In this document: positions 27,494-32,326 of the stretch, in pieces
Position numbering within the stretch: the first letter of the stretch is position 1
Layout of the letters: each line of letters starts with the position of its first letter
Source: Paraglomus brasilianum
Taxonomy: Eukaryota
Length of the DNA stretch: 32,326 nucleotides
Assembly (NCBI GenBank): GCA_910592345.1
Contig: CAJVPI010000377.1
Coordinates: forward strand, 1-32,326
Reading direction: 5' to 3'
The notes under the pieces: model-generated
The model's input: the letters and a program-made list of their open reading frames with translations, nothing else
Told to the model about the DNA's origin: nothing
The model's database searches: none
Translations under genes and position numbers: made by a program

Positions 27494-29762
27494 ATGTGTA
27501 AGTTTCTTCTAATGCAGAGAGCATTGCTAATTATGCTCGAAAGTAACTTGTTAACAAAATCTCTGTCAAAGCTTCAAGAAATAAAAAGAACACACTCTTT
27601 GATCAACTGGAGGAGCTGTTGACTCCTGCTCCAGTAGGTACGTGTGATCCTCACATTCGGTACTTTCTCGCACCTTTCTCTCCCCTAACAATTCTTTTCA
27701 CAAGACATTGACCCGGAGACCTTTGGTGAAACATTTCGTACAAATGCGAATGAAAACGAAGCGAGCGATGAAGACGAGAACAAAGGGCGAGAACATTATG
27801 TTAACGTCGGGTATGTAACTAGACGTTTGTGTATTCGGTGCATTATGTTGGGCAAAAAATTTGACTATTTTTGTACCCAGAAAGAGTGCTATTCGGAAGA
27901 ACCTTCAATTAGAGACAGATGATTCCAGATATTTTGGCAAGAAGTCTAGCCGAAAGGCTATCTTTAGGGAAGAAGAAGACGAAGAGGATGAAGAGGATGA
28001 AGGGGAAGAAGAGGATGAGGAAGAAGAAGAAGAACAGGAAGATCAAGTTAGCGACGAAGAGGCGACTGATGATGAAGAGATAGATTCTGACGAAGTTATT
28101 GAAAAAGATGATAATTTTCGTGATGTCAGTATCTTAATCGAATTATCCATATTTAACATGTTATAACGTCAATTAGATGATAATTAATTTTTATTTATTG
28201 TTTAGGCAGATAAGTCGTCCTATGTCGATGCAGCCGCTATAAGGGAAGAATTGAGAAAAATAGAAGACGATGAGAGAAACATTTTAAAGAAAATATCACA
28301 AAGTGCTAAAGCTGACATTACAAAAGGCCAGCATGTCAAAGCGCAACTTGCAAGTATTAATTATCTAACCAACAAAGGGAAACTTTGATCACAACCGTAT
28401 CAGCTTGTTCCAATGACAATAACATTGATATTTATGTAGGATCTTTGGGATTCATTCTTAGACACGCGAATTCGGTTACAAAAGGCTTTAACTATAACAA
28501 ATACATTTCCGCAGGTATGTAATCAACGCAATGCTTTGTTTGTCAGAGTCAACAAACATAATCCAACTCATGCTTTGTTCTAAAAGCACGATGTTTATCC
28601 GCAATTTCTAAATGAAGAAACAAACAACGAAATTAAAGAAACGCAAACAGAACTACGCGCATTAATGGATATGCTGGTCGACTTACAAAAGGTGCTTTAT
28701 TAATGAGTGGATTTCAAGCACACAAGCAACAACAACAACGATGACTATCGCGTTTGGTACTCTAACACGCTAACCCGTAACTCTTTTAGGACATATACAA
28801 AAAGAATGGGATTGTTGAAATTTCCAAGGATACTGCTACAAGTCGCAAACGACAACACGAGGACGATAATTATTTAGATTATCTTTGGGGAGACATGCAA
28901 GAGCTGTACGACAAATTCAATCCCTTTCGACAGGAAACAATAGATAAATGGAATAATAAAGTACAGATAGCTGCGGGGTTGCCGCTAAACAAGAAATTCA
29001 AAGCCATCAATCAAAGTGTCAATACGCAGATTGAACAAATACTAAATGATAAAGAACGGTTAGTCAAGAGAACGCAGTTAAAAAGGAATGATGGGAAGAT
29101 ACTGGGGAAGGTAAGTTCCACTATCCGACATCGGCTTTAAAGATATAGTTTCTATTTATATATGCAATTTTCGTTTAGGAGAAACAGAATGAACGGGAAG
29201 ATGAGACGATAGTAAAGGGAGACAATTTACCAAACTATGATAAGGAAATTTTCGATGATACAGATTTTTATCAGCAGTTACTTAGAGAATTAATAGATAG
29301 TAGAATGGTAGATACAGGTAAACTGATTTTGCAGTCTATTTGAATAAGCATCCACTGATCAATTCACTATATTAACTGAAATTTTGCCTCGTTCGTTGAT
29401 TCTGTTTTCAATTGCTCTACCACCTCCCAGACGACCAGTCATCCCTAGGGCTACGCTGGGCGGCCTTAAAACAGACAAAGCAGAAGAAAAAGCAAGTTGA
29501 TACCAAAGCCTCAAAAGGCCGCAGATTACGATACCATGTTCATGAAAAATTACAAAACTTTATGGTTCCCATACCTGCAGGCAGTTGGCACGAGGAGATG
29601 ATTGACGAGTTGTATTCTTCATTATTGGGGAAGAAGTATAATGTCGCTTTGGATGAAGATGAGGACAAGAATGGTAGAATAGACGAAGAACAAGGGAAAG
29701 GGAAGACGTATAAAGGAGAAGGAATTGTGGAAGGTGTTAGCGGGTTGAAAATATTTGGGTAA
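27494..29762 (+). CDS. BFR2: AATF/Bfr2 SSU-processome protein, 10 coding exons, ~511 aa
   Basis: Exons 27494-27497, 27572-27637, 27705-27810, 27881-28124, 28206-28349, 28440-28514, 28587-28691, 28790-29110, 29179-29317, 29431-29762 join in frame. Motifs REHYVNVGKSAIR, KGQHVKAQLDLWDSFLDTRIRLQK, EIFDDTDFYQQLLRELI, VDTKASKGRRLRYHVHEKLQNFMVP. Confidence 0.93.
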
Positions 29763-30811
29763 AGAACTATTTCGTAATATTGGTTTATCATAGACGGAAA
29801 TATTTATGTTCTTCTTAAGATATGCTCAATGGTAATGAAATTTAAAGGTCATACAGCTTTATAATTTTCAGCTAATTGATAATGTAATAATGGTGCAGAC
29901 ATTTAACGGAATATCGGAATAATAGCTATTTGACCTTGGTCTTACATGTGACATATAACTCTTTTGACACTTGTGTACTTCAGTCAAATAACTACTGTGA
30001 TTCTACCTCTTGCAAAAAGCCTTGGTTAGATCTAGCAGTTTCAACGGGGTGTCTATTGATGGACACGCAGAACCAAACGTTGTTTCTTCCATATTGAAGA
30101 GAAGACGCTATACGGACAGATTTTTTATTAGATTTTTCTAACTCCCGAACAAGTAGAAATACATGTGATACTAACTTCGTTGTACATCAAAAGTTCAAAG
30201 ACTCGGTGCGCTATCTGTTTACAAAGATGTTAAACCGTTAGAAAATGGCCTTTCGCAAAGGAAGGATAGTATATGATCACAGAAAAATCGGGAAAAAAGC
30301 TATTACGAATTAATGAAGTGGTTATAGAGTGCTTCTGTTTCTCAGATCAAAAAACTTACGATCTCCCGGTAGATAGCAGCGATTATGATCTATCGTAAGA
30401 TACAAAGACTGTTGATTGCGTTTATGTGAGTCGACGTTTTACTGTAATTCGTTCGTTGCGTATTAAACTACATGAAGGGAAATGTTAGCTTATAGCCTAA
30501 CTTTTAGGAAATAACATCATGAACACATATAAAAGAATAGACAAAATCTTCTTGATATTTAGTACAAAACAAGTGAGTGTGGTGTTTGATTTCAATAAAG
30601 CAAGGCGCACATAATTTGGAAATGTAACAATCGTGATTTTTTGCAATAAAGAATACTTCTTACTTTCCGTATTCATCGAGAAATAGACACCGTTTCAAAT
30701 ACGTTAACACCTGCGACTGTAATTCAAACCTGGTCTTCATAATGGGTGAATAATGTTCGGTGAGGAAACATAAGTCATACTTTAATAATAATAGCACAAC
30801 AAAGGGTAGTA

Positions 30812-31283
30812 TAATTTAGTAGAATACACGCGTTTATCAACAAAGTTCGCGTTAATATATGGAATATGTTCTATCAGGATAATATTGCCTATGATCAATT
30901 GTTTTTACACCATTTGGAAATGTTCTAAATTTCAGGTTACGTTCCATAGTATCTAACTTTTCTTCCGAATATAAACAAACCCAATAAAGATATACAAATG
31001 ACTTAAAATAGGGTTAACGTTAGAACCAATTGAATACACCTTATACAAGTGAATGAATAAATAAACCATACTTACAACATTACTGATGGCAAATTCTATA
31101 ACAATGTCGTCTTTAGACAAAACGTTAACCATACATGGTAAAATGTGTTCAGTATAGTAGTCGTTATATTCAATGTCCGTCTTATATTGTATTTCTTCAG
31201 TTGATGTTTTTATTGTTGTCTACAAAACCAAAATGTTTATACTCATTATACAATTAAGATTAAACAATGCTAATACATATTTC
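30812..31283 (-). repeat. Inverted paralogous copy of window positions ~1-490
   Basis: The reverse complement matches the window start, e.g. TTGTTTAATCTTAATTGTATAATGAGTATAAACATTT and TATTGGGTTTGTTTATATTCGGAAGAAAAGTTAGATACTATGGAACGTAAC. Similarity fades ~40-50 nt past the stop codons. Confidence 0.92.
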
Positions 31284-32326
31284 GATACTTACCATCATTG
31301 TAATTGCCGTTGACTCCCAATTTTTCAACAAAATGCTGAGTTTGTATTTATTTGGAGGTACTTGGAATATGGGTATTGTTACCTAATATACAATCGTTTA
31401 TTGATTAATATTCACAACATTGTACAAAGCATTAGACTATTTATATTGTATTGATAATTAACCACTTACTTTATTGGATCCAGTAAGGTACAAATATCCC
31501 TCATATCTATAAAATAATAAACATTAGTAACAATATTTTTATAAAAAATAGTCATTACAAATTACTTACACCCCACATTCACTCTTATCTTCAATGTGAC
31601 TTTCATATGCAAAATGTGCTTTCATATGACCTATAATAATAATAAATATAAAGTAATTTAGTATGCATAATATATAAATTTATGCAATCAAGTGTAACCC
31701 TTACTTTTGTGCATATAGTATACTTTTGAATAGAATGTATTTATATATGTGTAATTATACTCAGCATTGTTATACTTGTTATACCAAGTTACAGCAATGT
31801 TGTACCATCTGGTGTAATCATCTTTTCCATACTGATAGTTACACAATGATTTCCATTGATTGATATTATTTAATTTATACATTGCTTGATGAAGACAACT
31901 ATCCACAAGAATCTTAAACCATTCCACATCAAAGTGCTCAAGTTTGTTTACATACTCATTAATAACATCAAATGGCTGTCTTTGCATATACACATTATTA
32001 ATATGCCCAATGTCTTGTTCAGCTTTTTTCTTATTCTCCAAACCTATATGTGCCACTAAACTTAAATACCAAGCATCATCATACATCTTGTTTACTTCAA
32101 TTGCTGTCTCAATATCAAACAGGGCTTTTCCAAAATTTTTCATTTCTATTTTGACCTTTGCTCTGCTACACAGTGCCACATAATTTGTGGGATCAGCCTG
32201 TAATATTTGTGTATAGATGGTCAAAGCCTTTTCCAACTTATTATTTTTATATGCACTTTTAGCTTTTTGGAACAAGTTGTTTATATATGGTGTTGTTAAT
32301 GATTTCCAAATTGAATTCCATGTGGA
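30852..32326 (-). CDS. TPR-containing protein with an F-box-like segment and a beta-rich C-terminal domain; 5' end outside the window
   Basis: Exons >32326-31705, 31630-31570, 31506-31470, 31382-31293, 31219-31076, 31001-30852 join in frame with GT-AG introns. Three TPR-like units (ALTIYTQILQADPTNYVALCSRAKVKIEMKNFGKALFDIETAIEVN). F-box-like QPFDVINEYVNKL..WKSLC is by eye only. Confidence 0.8.

Noticed and set aside
29990..30330. TACTAAC-containing intron-like stretch with short open frames
   Set aside because: Could not assemble a continuous frame or assign a family.
31130..31150. Suspected frameshift in the right-hand TPR paralog
   Set aside because: Recounting the A run (31140-31143) shows the frame is intact.

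Overview
Eukaryotic, AT-rich fungal DNA with short introns (mostly 63-120 nt). The gene-family content (degenerate TKL-type kinases, Tc1 and pogo relics, TPR/F-box-like paralogs) suggests Glomeromycotina/Mucoromycota; this is an inference. Splicing the exons by hand gives five intact conserved genes: ATP4 (-), the U2AF large subunit (+), RanGAP/RNA1 (+), a Crz1-type C2H2 transcription factor (-) and AATF/BFR2 (+). There is also a tRNA-Leu(AAG), an internally deleted Tc1-like transposon with long TIRs, a pogo-type MITE and two kinase-like pseudogenes. Both window ends carry inverted, inward-pointing paralogs of a TPR/F-box-like/beta-rich gene. Top observations: (1) U2AF65 has one 611-nt intron packed with polypyrimidine-AG decoy acceptors, whose main alternative products carry premature stops, a candidate autoregulatory circuit. 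(2) The two end paralogs are nearly identical in a shared intron but differ at discrete in-frame hypervariable coding patches. (3) Two ~900-nt blocks have no CpG at all. No database searches were run.
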